Shown here: piece by piece, positions 8,101 to 17,900 of the stretch
Layout: each line of letters begins with the position of its first letter
Position numbering within the stretch: the first letter of the stretch is position 1
IMG/VR virus record: IMGVR_UViG_3300042545_001167
Coordinates: 32,001 to 96,000 of that record
Strand: one strand, 5' to 3'
DNA: 64,000 bases
From: a virus
Program-made: the position numbers and the translations under genes
Notes under the pieces: generated by a model
What the model was told of the DNA's origin: nothing
Seen by the model: the letters and a program-made list of their open reading frames with translations, nothing else
Databases searched by the model: none

Positions 8101-10991
8101 TTGGAGGAATTTAGAACAGTTAAGTAATAGACACCATCTTGTTGCCCTGCAATATATTTTTGTGCTTCTTGAGTTTTGAGATTATAATAGGTATTCTTAT
8201 ACTTACTTCTTTTAAAATATGGAAGAGAAGAATCTCTTGCTGAAATATCATTTGTTAATGCACCTGGATCAGTGTCTAAAGCAAATGTAAATACTTTAGC
8301 ATTTGTAATTGTACTTACTACATAAGTTCCATTATATCCAGAATTACTTGCACCAATTACATTATTTGAACTTTTAATATTAAAAAATGTGACTTCAGAT
8401 CCTACTGATAAATTATGAGGAAGTTCTGTAGTGATATATGCAATACCTGCTTGCCACTGGGCATCAGCAACGAATCTAAAGTTTCTTTGCTGATTTACAT
8501 TTGAAATAGAACCAGCACCAAAATAAGTTTGAATTTCTCCGCTAGTTGCTCCAATAGTGGTATTAGATTCTTGAATAACAAATCCATCACTTGGTGGTCT
8601 TGCATACAATCCAGAAGATGCGGGAATTACATATCTTAGACGATAAATCGTATCATTTGCATTTCTTGAATCTTGCTTACGATTGATATATGTTCTAGGA
8701 GTTGCTGCACCAAGAATAGTTGAACCAAAACTTACGATTGCTGGATAAATCTTATTATCAGTTTCACTGTTTGATACCTGAATATACCATTGTGAATTAT
8801 TGTAATCAAACTGAACTGGGTGTCCAATGTCCCCAGAATTCTTATCAGATACTCTACTTACAACACTTAAAATACCACCTTTGTTGTTAATTAAAATCTC
8901 ACTTGCACTGATGGCATCGTTTTGAGTTTTTGCAAGTTTCAGTTGCGTAGTTGTTGTAAGTCCACTGCTTGCATTACTACTCGTAATTGCATAATAAACT
9001 GTATTTGGCAACAAACCATCAGGAAGTTGTCCATTATCACTCAATATGCGAACTGATTCTCCATTTATAAATGTATGATTTTGTGTTAATGAAAGTGTAT
9101 TGCTGGAAATATTATTAATACCAGAAATACTACGACTTACATAGAATTTCTTCTCAGAAGTTGTCTGAGATCCAGGCATTACAATACGAGCACTATATTC
9201 TGATGCAGTGCTTCCTGCTGAAATTATAACTTTTAGAGTATCATTTTCTCTAGCACCAATACGATATCCTTCTAGAACATTTTCTGGTGCAACATCAGAG
9301 TTTGTTTGATTATAAAGATAGAGATATCCTGTTGAAGCAACCCCAACGGTCTTACTTACGTCAATTGAATTAAATTCAATTGCGGTTTCAACCTTTGGAA
9401 TTTCTTTTGGTGGAATAATATGAGTGATATAACCAAGATCATCTTGAGGAAATGCATTTCTTCTAAAACCTGAAGCAACAAGTGCCTTTGCTCCAAAGTT
9501 AGAGTTTGAGTTGGTAACTGAAAAGTCACCACCACTTTCTACAGCAAAATGTTCAGCATAACCAATCGCAAAGATTGAAACATTCTGAACAAATGCATCA
9601 TTAATTGCCTTAATATGGAAATTCCTATATGTGGGTTTAAAGATTGCTCTTGAATTTGTACTAATTGTCTCATTTCCAGGAACTGTAGTATCATCATAAG
9701 TTCCCGTAGATGAATTGTACAATACAAACGCATTATCATCTTTCTGCAATCCAATACCCGTGAATTGGGCAATAACCATTGATTTAAATCCTGATGCCTT
9801 ATCACCATCAGCAAGAACTCCGCACATTCCATAAACAGAACGTAAAGAGATGTTAAAGATGTATGGAGATGCTGAAGTTACAGTATCGGAAGTAAGTGAT
9901 AAAGTTGACCCAGTTGATGATGGGAAAGCAACCAATGGGGCATTTTGAACTTGATATTTAATTACAGTGTCACTTAATTTTTCAGTTACAACAAATTGTC
10001 CGTTATAACCTTCTGCAATAATACCAGAAATTCTGAATGGAGTATCTACATCAAGGCCAGATACGCCAGATTCAGTAGTAACTGTAATTATTTTTGATGG
10101 AGTAATTCCATTACCAGAAATAATACTTGAAATACCAACAGATGCTCCAGTAGAACCTACAATACGATATTCATCAATCTTGGGTTGAATATCAATGCTA
10201 GATGAAGGATAATCTGGTTCAATTGCACGACCAGATGATTGTCCATATGCAAGTCCAACTTTCTCATAATACATATCCAGGTCAGTACGATCTGTTGAAT
10301 ATGTTTGAAAAACATCATCAATATTTACATCATTTACTCCATCAGCATATTCAAAGCAAGATAATTTGTGATGAGAGAAGTTAGGTACAAAAAGATTTTC
10401 AGTGTAATCAAGATAGCACTGTCCATTTGGATCGGCATCAAATAAAGAAAACTGCCATATATAACATCCGCCGGTTACACGGAAAATAGTCGATCTTTCA
10501 ATATTATCGTTAGTTGGATTGGGAACATACTTTGGACGAATTTTAGTCTTTCTTAAATCGAGTCCAACAATTGAAGTACCACGAGGAATAATAACTCCTC
10601 CATGAATACTATTCATTTTATAAAGTACGTTATCTGATGTAGTGAGATCAAAGTTTGATGTTAAATCCCAAGCAGGAAAATTATTACTTGTAGAACCATT
10701 CCTAAGTCTAAAATTATTTGAACCATCAGGAATCCATCCTGGACGATTATCTATAACGTGATCGCCTGGATATAGAAGAATTGTTGTTTTACCAAATCTA
10801 TCATTATTCAGTCCTCTTTGGTAAGAGAATCTTGATGCCTCAATTAGTGCTCTTTGAATCGTTTTAAATGGACGAGTCAGTGAGTTTCCTTGATTCTCAA
10901 TACTATCCGTAGAATCAAGACTGTTTGGATCAACATATATGATTGTACCACGAACAGACTTTAGAAAATTATCTAAACGAGAGAGACCCAT
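5157..10991 (-). CDS. Large virion structural / tail fibre-associated protein (1944 aa)
   Basis: N-terminal GNSLTRPFKTIQRAL motif typical of cyanomyovirus structural proteins, repeated beta domains (HGLxV, GSGY), VGIGT fibre repeats near the C-terminus. Confidence 0.75.
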   Translation of the reverse strand: MGLSRLDNFLKSVRGTIIYVDPNSLDSTDSIENQGNSLTRPFKTIQRALIEASRFSYQRGLNNDRFGKTTILLYPGDHVIDNRPGWIPDGSNNFRLRNGSTSNNFPAWDLTSNFDLTTSDNVLYKMNSIHGGVIIPRGTSIVGLDLRKTKIRPKYVPNPTNDNIERSTIFRVTGGCYIWQFSLFDADPNGQCYLDYTENLFVPNFSHHKLSCFEYADGVNDVNIDDVFQTYSTDRTDLDMYYEKVGLAYGQSSGRAIEPDYPSSSIDIQPKIDEYRIVGSTGASVGISSIISGNGITPSKIITVTTESGVSGLDVDTPFRISGIIAEGYNGQFVVTEKLSDTVIKYQVQNAPLVAFPSSTGSTLSLTSDTVTSASPYIFNISLRSVYGMCGVLADGDKASGFKSMVIAQFTGIGLQKDDNAFVLYNSSTGTYDDTTVPGNETISTNSRAIFKPTYRNFHIKAINDAFVQNVSIFAIGYAEHFAVESGGDFSVTNSNSNFGAKALVASGFRRNAFPQDDLGYITHIIPPKEIPKVETAIEFNSIDVSKTVGVASTGYLYLYNQTNSDVAPENVLEGYRIGARENDTLKVIISAGSTASEYSARIVMPGSQTTSEKKFYVSRSISGINNISSNTLSLTQNHTFINGESVRILSDNGQLPDGLLPNTVYYAITSSNASSGLTTTTQLKLAKTQNDAISASEILINNKGGILSVVSRVSDKNSGDIGHPVQFDYNNSQWYIQVSNSETDNKIYPAIVSFGSTILGAATPRTYINRKQDSRNANDTIYRLRYVIPASSGLYARPPSDGFVIQESNTTIGATSGEIQTYFGAGSISNVNQQRNFRFVADAQWQAGIAYITTELPHNLSVGSEVTFFNIKSSNNVIGASNSGYNGTYVVSTITNAKVFTFALDTDPGALTNDISARDSSLPYFKRSKYKNTYYNLKTQEAQKYIAGQQDGVYYLTVLNSSNSPSVDPFTEEKYSQPVKELYPQTNRDNPESDPDETQSFASSSVIGEVVVNDVRKSITKETISKVLSDSNVGIAITDITSTDASTHTVHTAIDHGLNRITQVSITNAGSGYGYGSATSLYNASLVGFAGSATGAFATAKISVDGSGSISDIVIMDGGSSYGIGNTLSVVGVATTTGYSPAVVTVTQIYNNVGDTIRISGVSSEGYSTFNDLYRITNVTVGAGYRFAVSSASSISVGSTLGIGTQFTLNAFADLTGEAIRVSSLAYDNNSGIATITTSNRHGLKVDNKIRLIGSTEEIYNGDFVVKENLNLNSFSVTIGVGTFSPSAAGTLYAYREGVTSNGGTITVDNENLNGRMIPTYAGITTTLSALIPDALTDQINIQNIENLDIKIGDYLVIDEEIVRVKTTIPSTPTNPIYVFRGVLGTKAVSHSVNSVVRRIYANPIEFRRHSIIRASGHTFEYVGFGPGNYSTAFPDKQDRQISSIEELLAQSTRKDGGINFYTGMNDKGISYSGNKRLSSVTGQEEIFDTPVQTVTGEDIGGLPGLNVITPVQGTFSRSIRVDGGSDGKSISEFNGPVVFGNKITSTSNKGIEAFSLFLQGDATVSRKYTVGVTTPILSGNPGDVIYYQNPTKGGYLGWVYTTDNEWYRFGAVSLSKDLNIALFDQVGIATTSPGSNLLQVGGGSSIVSINSSGGVGIGTSANQFKLQINGSTNFIGTCYGSYFSGDGSGLTNINVSAAGWSQISGGIYNTLLGTVGIGTSVPRFNLEVGPVGTSATTLYVNGEAVFAGIITANNVFVSGMLTATAFDLKSTSGQIRAGIVTTTNLIVGSAGTTLTTNGPLIGIGTAVPRAKLDIEGHTRFKTYSEVVQTISSSSNIVTIDLSQAQSFDFTLSETVNQFTIINAPSGASSFVIKIAQNAIGGYLVDIDDFRNSSGGILPVYWPGGGVLPTITPTANRADIYSFKTFDGGVSWYGFVDGQNFVN

Positions 10992-11035
10992 CTTATTTTA
11001 TTATAAGTTCCGTTATGGATTATTTATCATACAAC

Positions 11036-11056
11036 AAAACCTCCACAAGGGAGGTT
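11036..11056 (-). terminator. Intrinsic terminator
   Basis: AACCTCC-CTTGT-GGAGGTT hairpin followed by TTGTTGT on the minus strand. Confidence 0.6.
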
Positions 11057-11080
11057 CTGAAGCACACGGAAGGGATTTGG

Positions 11081-11710
11081 TTAAGTATCGCCTTTAATAT
11101 TATACCATTCTTGTTCTTTCCAAGTCAACTGTTGTTTAAGTTTTTTGTCGAAAACCATAAGATACCGATGTTTACGACTCCTATCACGCCACTCACCATC
11201 AGCACCTTTGACACTACCTCGTGAATGTTTAGTTCCATCAGCATAGTAGAAATCTTTTTTAGCGTCAGTTAAACCGTAGTACTGAAAATTACAAGCTCTG
11301 TATATAATTCCAGAGTGGTGATTAGAGTCAGCGTAACTAAGAACAGCACGAACCGTGGCATCTTTTCTAAACCTCTTAATACATCTACTTACAAACCAAG
11401 ATGTGATATTATATTCTTCTTTCTGAACTTCTGGATGAATACAGAGACGGGAAAGTTCAAATAAACCTTCTTGCTCATCTCTCTTCAATCCAAAAGCACC
11501 TACGGCAATTTCTGGAACTGGGAGACCAGTAAAAATGCAAACACCAAGGCAGTTGCCAATCCTAAGGACATCTGTGAAACAATTGCGGTAAAGTCCATAA
11601 TTGAAACCTGATTTAAAATCTTTGGATTTGTCTTTTAGATAATGGTGAGTATAAAGTAAGTTTTTTACTTCATCCTTTCCAACTTTATCTATATAAAAAT
11701 CCGATTTCAT
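11081..11710 (-). CDS. Mom-like GNAT-fold DNA modification protein
   Basis: HHYL, ELSRLC, LSYADxxxHxGxIYRACNFxYxG motifs of the Mu Mom family. Confidence 0.65.
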   Translation of the reverse strand: MKSDFYIDKVGKDEVKNLLYTHHYLKDKSKDFKSGFNYGLYRNCFTDVLRIGNCLGVCIFTGLPVPEIAVGAFGLKRDEQEGLFELSRLCIHPEVQKEEYNITSWFVSRCIKRFRKDATVRAVLSYADSNHHSGIIYRACNFQYYGLTDAKKDFYYADGTKHSRGSVKGADGEWRDRSRKHRYLMVFDKKLKQQLTWKEQEWYNIKGDT

Positions 11711-11720
11711 TTAAGTATTA

Positions 11721-11894
11721 TTACTCATTTTGTTTGCATTCTAACATATATTCTACAGTATTTGCTACATCATTCATAGCATCACGAAGAAATGGTTGTT
11801 GTCCTGATTCTTGTCTGCGAATAGGACGCGAACTGTCAGTAAGAGTCCAACGCCATTGTTTCATGGACTCGCAATACCAAAGATTAATGTTCAT
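11721..11894 (-). CDS. Small hypothetical protein (57 aa, MNINLWYCESMKQWRWTL...)
   Basis: ORF read manually; fills the gap between tRNA-Thr and the mom-like gene. Confidence 0.6.
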   Translation of the reverse strand: MNINLWYCESMKQWRWTLTDSSRPIRRQESGQQPFLRDAMNDVANTVEYMLECKQNE

Positions 11895-11916
11895 TTTGGA
11901 GTTATAAAGAACTCAA

Positions 11917-11988
11917 AGCCCCCGATCTGATTCGAACAGACGACCAACGGTTTACAAAACCGTTGCTCTACCACTGAGCTACAAGGGC
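11917..11988 (-). tRNA. tRNA-Thr(UGU)
   Basis: GCCCTTG-TAGCTCAGTGGTAGAGC-A-ACGGT-TTTGTAA-ACCGT...GTTCGAATC cloverleaf; CCA not encoded. Confidence 0.93.
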
Positions 11989-11990
11989 AT

Positions 11991-12260
11991 TTAATCAACA
12001 GGCAACATTTCTGGATTTTCCAGTTCAAGTTCAAACAACATTGGATGACACTCTTCATCAATCAAATAGAATGATGTTCTGTATAAATCCTCTGGTTCAA
12101 ATCTTCTTTCTGTATCTGCTAATTTGATTAGTTCCAGATCATAAATTGAGTCGTCTGGAAGTTCGTCAAAAGTAAAAGGAACTTGATTTATAAAGTACAT
12201 CAGAACAATTTGTGCTCCTTGATTATACCAACAATACCTGGCATCAATTCTGTACTTCAT
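11991..12260 (-). CDS. Hypothetical protein
   Basis: 89-aa ORF between the two tRNAs, with a TAAATA late-promoter-like motif upstream. Confidence 0.65.
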   Translation of the reverse strand: MKYRIDARYCWYNQGAQIVLMYFINQVPFTFDELPDDSIYDLELIKLADTERRFEPEDLYRTSFYLIDEECHPMLFELELENPEMLPVD

Positions 12261-12309
12261 AGGAACTTTTCCTACTTTTGTTTATTTAGAGGAAGTTTAT
12301 ATCCTCTAA

Positions 12310-12382
12310 TACCCGTGGTCAGATTCGAACTGACGCTGGAACGATTTTAAGTCGTTTGTCTCTTCCGCTGGACTACACGGGC
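12310..12382 (-). tRNA. tRNA-Leu(UAA), short variable arm
   Basis: GCCCGTG/CACGGGT acceptor, AACGA-CTTAAAA-TCGTT anticodon arm, GTCAG-TTCGAAT-CTGAC T arm, A73; 73 nt. Confidence 0.88.
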
Positions 12383-12391
12383 ATAAAAAAC

Positions 12392-12571
12392 TCAGAGAAG
12401 ACTGAGTTGATTGCTACATTCTACCATATAAGTAGCAGGATGTAAACGGCAGTATTCATTAAAGGTAATCTTCATTTCTTTATTTGTAAGATTACAGTTT
12501 TCTGCTGCCTTTGGAATGTTCCACTTTGCTGTGAAAAGCATTTCCATTGATTCTCTTGTTTCTGGACGCAT
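12392..12571 (-). CDS. Small hypothetical protein (59 aa, MRPETRESMEMLFTAKWNIPKAA...)
   Basis: ORF read manually; co-oriented and fills the gap. Confidence 0.6.
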   Translation of the reverse strand: MRPETRESMEMLFTAKWNIPKAAENCNLTNKEMKITFNEYCRLHPATYMVECSNQLSLL

Positions 12572-12630
12572 TTTAAAAAAAGTATCGTGTGAGAATTTTT
12601 ACCGGGTTTTTTTACCCCCAAAAATGAAAC

Positions 12631-12813
12631 TTAAAGTGGATTTGCGTATGAGAGAGTACTTTCATCAAGTGTTGAACGAACAAATTCTAGCACATTCATA
12701 AACTCATCAACAGTATCACAGGACACTTGCTTTTCTGTCCCTTCACTAGAATAAAGATACACGGTACGCTTAATAGGGTCTACGACACAGCGGGTCAGGT
12801 ACTCGCCTTGCAT
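12631..12813 (-). CDS. Hypothetical protein
   Basis: 60-aa ORF downstream of a sigma70-like promoter. Confidence 0.6.
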   Translation of the reverse strand: MQGEYLTRCVVDPIKRTVYLYSSEGTEKQVSCDTVDEFMNVLEFVRSTLDESTLSYANPL

Positions 12814-12839
12814 TCGGTTCGTTTCGTGATTACCTAGGT

Positions 12840-12869
12840 ATCATAGCAGGTCCTGGAGAGGCGTGTCAA
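12840..12869 (-). promoter_or_regulatory. Sigma70-type (early) promoter
   Basis: TTGACA-N18-TATGAT with TG extended -10. Confidence 0.6.
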
Positions 12870-13609
12870 GCCCTTATACCATTAATCACATATTGAGAAT
12901 TGTCACCAGGATAATCGGCAGGACTTGTTCCTTGATATTCTGAAATATTCTTATCAACATCCTTTCTTTCTCCATAGACAACATAAGAACAATTAACAGC
13001 ACCACCTGCATTATTTTTTACAATAATCTTGGTCCCCCACTCAATTTTTTCCACGAAGAGTTCTTGATAGCACCCAATAGGGGTTAGAGTTACGCCCACA
13101 GTTTCAATATCAACCAAATCTTTCCAATAATCTGGAAGTTCTATAACATTTCCATTAGAAAGTTTTCCCCTAAAATAAACTTCTGCCTCTGGACCTTCTA
13201 CGCAGATATATCTGAGTCTATATCCTTCCTTTGAGGGATGAGAAATATCAAAAGACTTTTTGCTATTTACATCACTAACTAAACTTGACCAAGCAGCACC
13301 TGCAAATGAAGGGGCAGATATTGTTCCAGTGGCAGTAATATTGCCATTAAAATTAGTTTGTGTTGCATTAAAATTGAAAACAGGAATGTTCCCATAACTT
13401 GCTTCAAGCGTTACATTAGCAGTGCTTGTTCCTGCAAGATGCATATACACATAATCATTCGGAGAAGATAATGTGTTTACAAGAATCATTCCAACATCGT
13501 CTGGAAAAGTTAAGTCAGTAAATTGTAAAGAAAAATCATCATTATCTCTATATTCAAAATCAAATCCTGGTCCCGTAAAGGAACCTGATTTTTGGAATGT
13601 AATTGCCAT
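12866..13609 (-). CDS. Tail/baseplate-associated protein with C-terminal KxFxIxHP...EGPE...LPxYW domain
   Basis: Domain type seen at C-termini of phage fibre/spike proteins; paralogous to the next gene. Confidence 0.55.
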   Translation of the reverse strand: MAITFQKSGSFTGPGFDFEYRDNDDFSLQFTDLTFPDDVGMILVNTLSSPNDYVYMHLAGTSTANVTLEASYGNIPVFNFNATQTNFNGNITATGTISAPSFAGAAWSSLVSDVNSKKSFDISHPSKEGYRLRYICVEGPEAEVYFRGKLSNGNVIELPDYWKDLVDIETVGVTLTPIGCYQELFVEKIEWGTKIIVKNNAGGAVNCSYVVYGERKDVDKNISEYQGTSPADYPGDNSQYVINGIRA

Positions 13610-14268
13610 TATTCTTGAACCTCTACTTCTAATCTAGGAATATCTTTTCTTGTAGCAAAAATATGATAAAAACAATGAATTGGCATACCAGGTTTTGCTT
13701 GCAAGTATACCTTACTCTCATCGATTCTTTTTACAATAACGTCTTGATGAGAACCAATCGGAGTTAATGAAACCGTAATTGTAGTTTCATCCACCAAATC
13801 TTTCCAATAACGAGGAAGTTCAATATAATCTCTATTTAAAACTTTTCCTCGAACATAAACACCATTCTCTGGTCCTTCCAAACATCCATAAATTAATTTC
13901 TTTCCTTGTTCTGAAGGGTGATCAATTAAGAAATGTTTGTCTGGACAATAAAAGTGTTTGCAATAAATTGTTTCTGCTTCTATGTATTTTGATTTCAATA
14001 AAACATCAACGCGAACAAAATTTTGAAACCTTGAATAAAGTCTTGCCCATAAAGAATATAGTGGAGACTTAGATTCAGAATTAAAAGTTTGACCAACCAT
14101 TAAAGTTGCATCAACTTTTCCAAATTGCTGAGCTGCACCAACCTGCATTGGTCCTTCAACAAATGCAGAACCATTAATTTTAGAGGGACCAACTCCAAGT
14201 GAAGGAGGTAATCCTGCACCTACCATTAATTGACCGCCAACTGCAACATCGTCTTGACAAGATGACAT
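13609..14268 (-). CDS. Tail/baseplate-associated protein, paralog of 12866-13609
   Basis: KHFLIDHPS...CLEGPENGVYVRGK...IELPRYWKDLVD. Confidence 0.55.
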   Translation of the reverse strand: MSSCQDDVAVGGQLMVGAGLPPSLGVGPSKINGSAFVEGPMQVGAAQQFGKVDATLMVGQTFNSESKSPLYSLWARLYSRFQNFVRVDVLLKSKYIEAETIYCKHFYCPDKHFLIDHPSEQGKKLIYGCLEGPENGVYVRGKVLNRDYIELPRYWKDLVDETTITVSLTPIGSHQDVIVKRIDESKVYLQAKPGMPIHCFYHIFATRKDIPRLEVEVQE

Positions 14269-14279
14269 TTATTTTCTCC

Positions 14280-14906
14280 TTAAAAAATTTCTTGACTTAC
14301 TTGGAATCTTCTTCCACCAACTTTAGAATCTTTTACTGCACAAGCGTCAGTAACTCCTCTAATTATTGAACCGTACATACTTAAGCAACTATTTGCTGCA
14401 ACTTCAACCTTTCCACTAGATGCTATTTTACAGAAACTTGAGGCATTTATCAAGACCTTTTTGGCGTCCATTTCAATAGAACCGCCTTTTGCATTCATAC
14501 GAATATTTCCTTTACTTCCACCCTCCCCAATTGCAACTAATTCAATATCAGTACCCTGAAGTCTCAGTTTTCCATTACTAGCAATGATACAAACATTACC
14601 ATTCACAGCATTTATAAACAGAGTATCTTCTGCTTCATTCTTATCAAGACCACATTGAATTTGAAAATTACCAGGAGATGTTATTGAGGTACATCCTTTT
14701 CTTGGGCCATCTTTATCTAAAGTGATTTGATGACGACCATCAGATGCTTGAAGTTGTACGTCAGCAGTCACATCCCCTTGTTTCGAAACATGACCAAAGT
14801 TAATTGAACCATGGTCATTTCCATAACTAATTTCAGTATAATTTTGTTTTGATGTAGTGTTATTTACTCTCGTATTATTTGGTTTACTATTTGGAGGAAT
14901 TGCCAT
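14280..14906 (-). CDS. Probable spike/baseplate beta-helix protein
   Basis: About 8-residue beta-strand periodicity in the C-terminal half, reminiscent of gp5/VgrG needles; lies in the baseplate module. Confidence 0.45.
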   Translation of the reverse strand: MAIPPNSKPNNTRVNNTTSKQNYTEISYGNDHGSINFGHVSKQGDVTADVQLQASDGRHQITLDKDGPRKGCTSITSPGNFQIQCGLDKNEAEDTLFINAVNGNVCIIASNGKLRLQGTDIELVAIGEGGSKGNIRMNAKGGSIEMDAKKVLINASSFCKIASSGKVEVAANSCLSMYGSIIRGVTDACAVKDSKVGGRRFQVSQEIF

Positions 14907-14943
14907 CAGAAATGTGAATTCAATGTAGTACTATTTAATAGAG

Positions 14944-17900
14944 TTAAATTAGATTCTCTGGAGTTCCTGGAATATTGAGACGTGGATCATTACTTGTAAC
15001 ATCCGTACCAGATCTTTCAATTGCACTTGCAGGAGTAGTTACCTTAGTAGTAATACTCTCCTGAAGAGTATTATAGACACGAATTGGTGTACCAATTGTC
15101 TTATAGTATCCCGCATACTTAACACCTCCATCATAATATACTGCACCATAATATGCACGACCATCGACATATCCAGTTTGCTTGAGACCAACCAAATCAG
15201 TAACTTGAATAATATTATTTGGAGATATTGCCGGATCTAAAGGATCTCTTATTACTTCAAAGACTGGTGTAAACTTTGCATTTACTCCGGTTTCTGATGG
15301 AAGAGTGATTCTTGGGTAACTTGTAAAAGGTGTGCCAGAATCATCAACAGTCACTGTATTAATAACACCAAAGGCATTGCAGGTATAACTCAATTTTGCA
15401 CCATTATCTGGTGTAATTTTAAGTTGATCGCCACCACAATTATAATTGATTCCACCATTATCAACAAGTACTTCTTTCAATTTAACAATAACTGGATATC
15501 CAATTGTAGGATCTTGTGGTGCAAGATATCCGTTACCAGGTTCATCTATAATAATTTTTTCTACTACGCCCTTACCACTAATTTTCTTTGGACAGGGTGG
15601 AGAAATTAAAACCGCAGAAACTCCAATCGGATTTTCTGTCCAAGATTTTGATGAACTATCTCTTACAGATATATCCTTTTCAATAACCAAGGAAGTTCCT
15701 GTTGGATTATTTGAAAACTTATTGGTTCTATCTTTGATATTCGTCAGTTCAATTACAATATCATATGTTCCTGCAGTTATATTTGTTTGAATTGTTGCAG
15801 GATCTCCATAAAAATCTGTGGTCTTTTGAACTTGTTTATCACCAATTTTAAGAACACCAATATTATCTGCCTGAAATCTAACTCTGTAATCCCCATCTTC
15901 AGGAAATTTTACGTTTTTCCAAGTTAAAGTAAACGTTCCATTTATTCTTTCGTCAGGTTCGGATATACTCTTAAATACTTTTGGAGAGACTGAATACTTA
16001 TTCATAAAGTCTCCCCAGCCCTTACCTGTTGAACCACCTGTGGTTTGAATGTGATGAAAAATTTCTGGACCCTGATATATTACACCATCCTTTGATGTAC
16101 CAGAAGAAACAGAACTTGACGTAACTGAATTTTTTGCAGTTTGTTCTATTTTAGAAATTTCAAGTTTGATATTTTCATCAGTTCCAGCAGCATCAAATAG
16201 AGATAACTTATTATTGAAAACTTTTGGAGTTCCTGCACCAACTGTAGCACCTAATATTTGTATTGGTCCATAAATTTTACCTCCAGTAAATTTACCAGAC
16301 TTTTTAATGGTCTCTTCTTTTGGGATACTAAAATATGCAATAGAATCTCTTTGAGATATACCAGTTCTAGTAAACATTAACTTACCACCGTCTGAAGGAA
16401 TAATAACTTCCTTCGCAGCAAGACCAGCGATGTAAGGTGCGTCATTGACATCCATCACAAAAGAAATTTCGCCAGATCCAAATCCAGATACATCCAAATA
16501 ATAATCTTTTCCTTTCTGAATAAACTTTGCCTTTATATTAGAAGATGTAGATGCCAGAGGAGATTGCCAGTCAAGAGTACTAAAGATTTTTTGATTTATT
16601 GTTGAGAAAGATTCGGAAGAATAATTTTCAACCTCAACTTTTATCGTATGATTACCTTCTTCCAATAAAACTTTTTCCGAACCACTAGTTTTCCCAACTC
16701 TTCTTGATAGATCCAGAACTAAATTTCCATCAACATAAATTTTTGCAATATCATCAACCTCTCCACGAACCTTATAATATCCTCTAAAAGGAGCATTGAC
16801 ATTCCAAGAATTTGAATAAGATATTCCACCACTATCACTTCCAGGAGTGTCTAATGGTTTTACTGGAGATAGTGCATATCTATTCAAAAATTTAGACCAT
16901 TTGGGAAAACGAACTGGATACCAATTTTCCTTTGCACTTGGAAATCTTGTAGACCAAATAGGATTTGGTGGACATCTACCTTCTTGTACAGGAGGTTTTT
17001 CTTGAGGAACAGGTTGTGGTGGAGCATCAATTGTTACTGAAATGCCCATTGGATTTTGATTCCAAGATTTTGATGATACAACTGTACCTGTAGCAATATT
17101 TGAAACTGTAGATTTTTGTGGTTCTACGTTATCAATTTCAAACTTAATATTTGCATCATCTCCTTCAGCATCTCTGAGTTCAAGTTTTTTTGAACCAGAT
17201 AGTTTTGGAGGAAGACCTGTTGGATTTTGGTTGATTATTTCAATAGGACCATAAGTTTTACCTCCAGCAAATTTACCAGACTTTTTAATGGTCTCTTCTT
17301 TTTCATATGCATTTGGAAAATATTGTCCGTTGATACTTACAGTTGACTTTCTTTTTAATGAAATAGTACCACTTTCAGAAGGAACTCTAATTTCTGATGC
17401 TGCTATTCCTGCAATATAGTAGGCATCATTCACATCCATTTTAAATGTTATATTTACTACACCTGTTCCACCAACTTGAATATAATATTGACCTTTCTTC
17501 TCAATAATTTTTGCTTCTGGTAGTACATAATCTTTAGGATTCTGAGTAGTAATTGATGCAACACTTGCGGTAGATGCTGACGTATTAATTGAAGTTGTGG
17601 TTGCATTTCCTTTCACATTTGTAATAAGAAACTTGATATTTTCATCAGTTCCAGCAGCATCATATAAAGCAATTTTGTTGCTATTTACAGTTGGTTTTGC
17701 AACTCCAATAGTTGCTCCTAATATTTGTATTGGACCATAAGATTGACCTCCAGTAACATTAATAGTCTTCTTAATGTTTTCTACTTTAGGTGTGCCAGTT
17801 GCCCTTGTAAATTTTACTTTGCCCTTATCCGAAGGAATAATAATTTCTCTCGCAGCAAGTCCTGCAATATAAGATGAATCATCAATTTCCATTAATAAAT

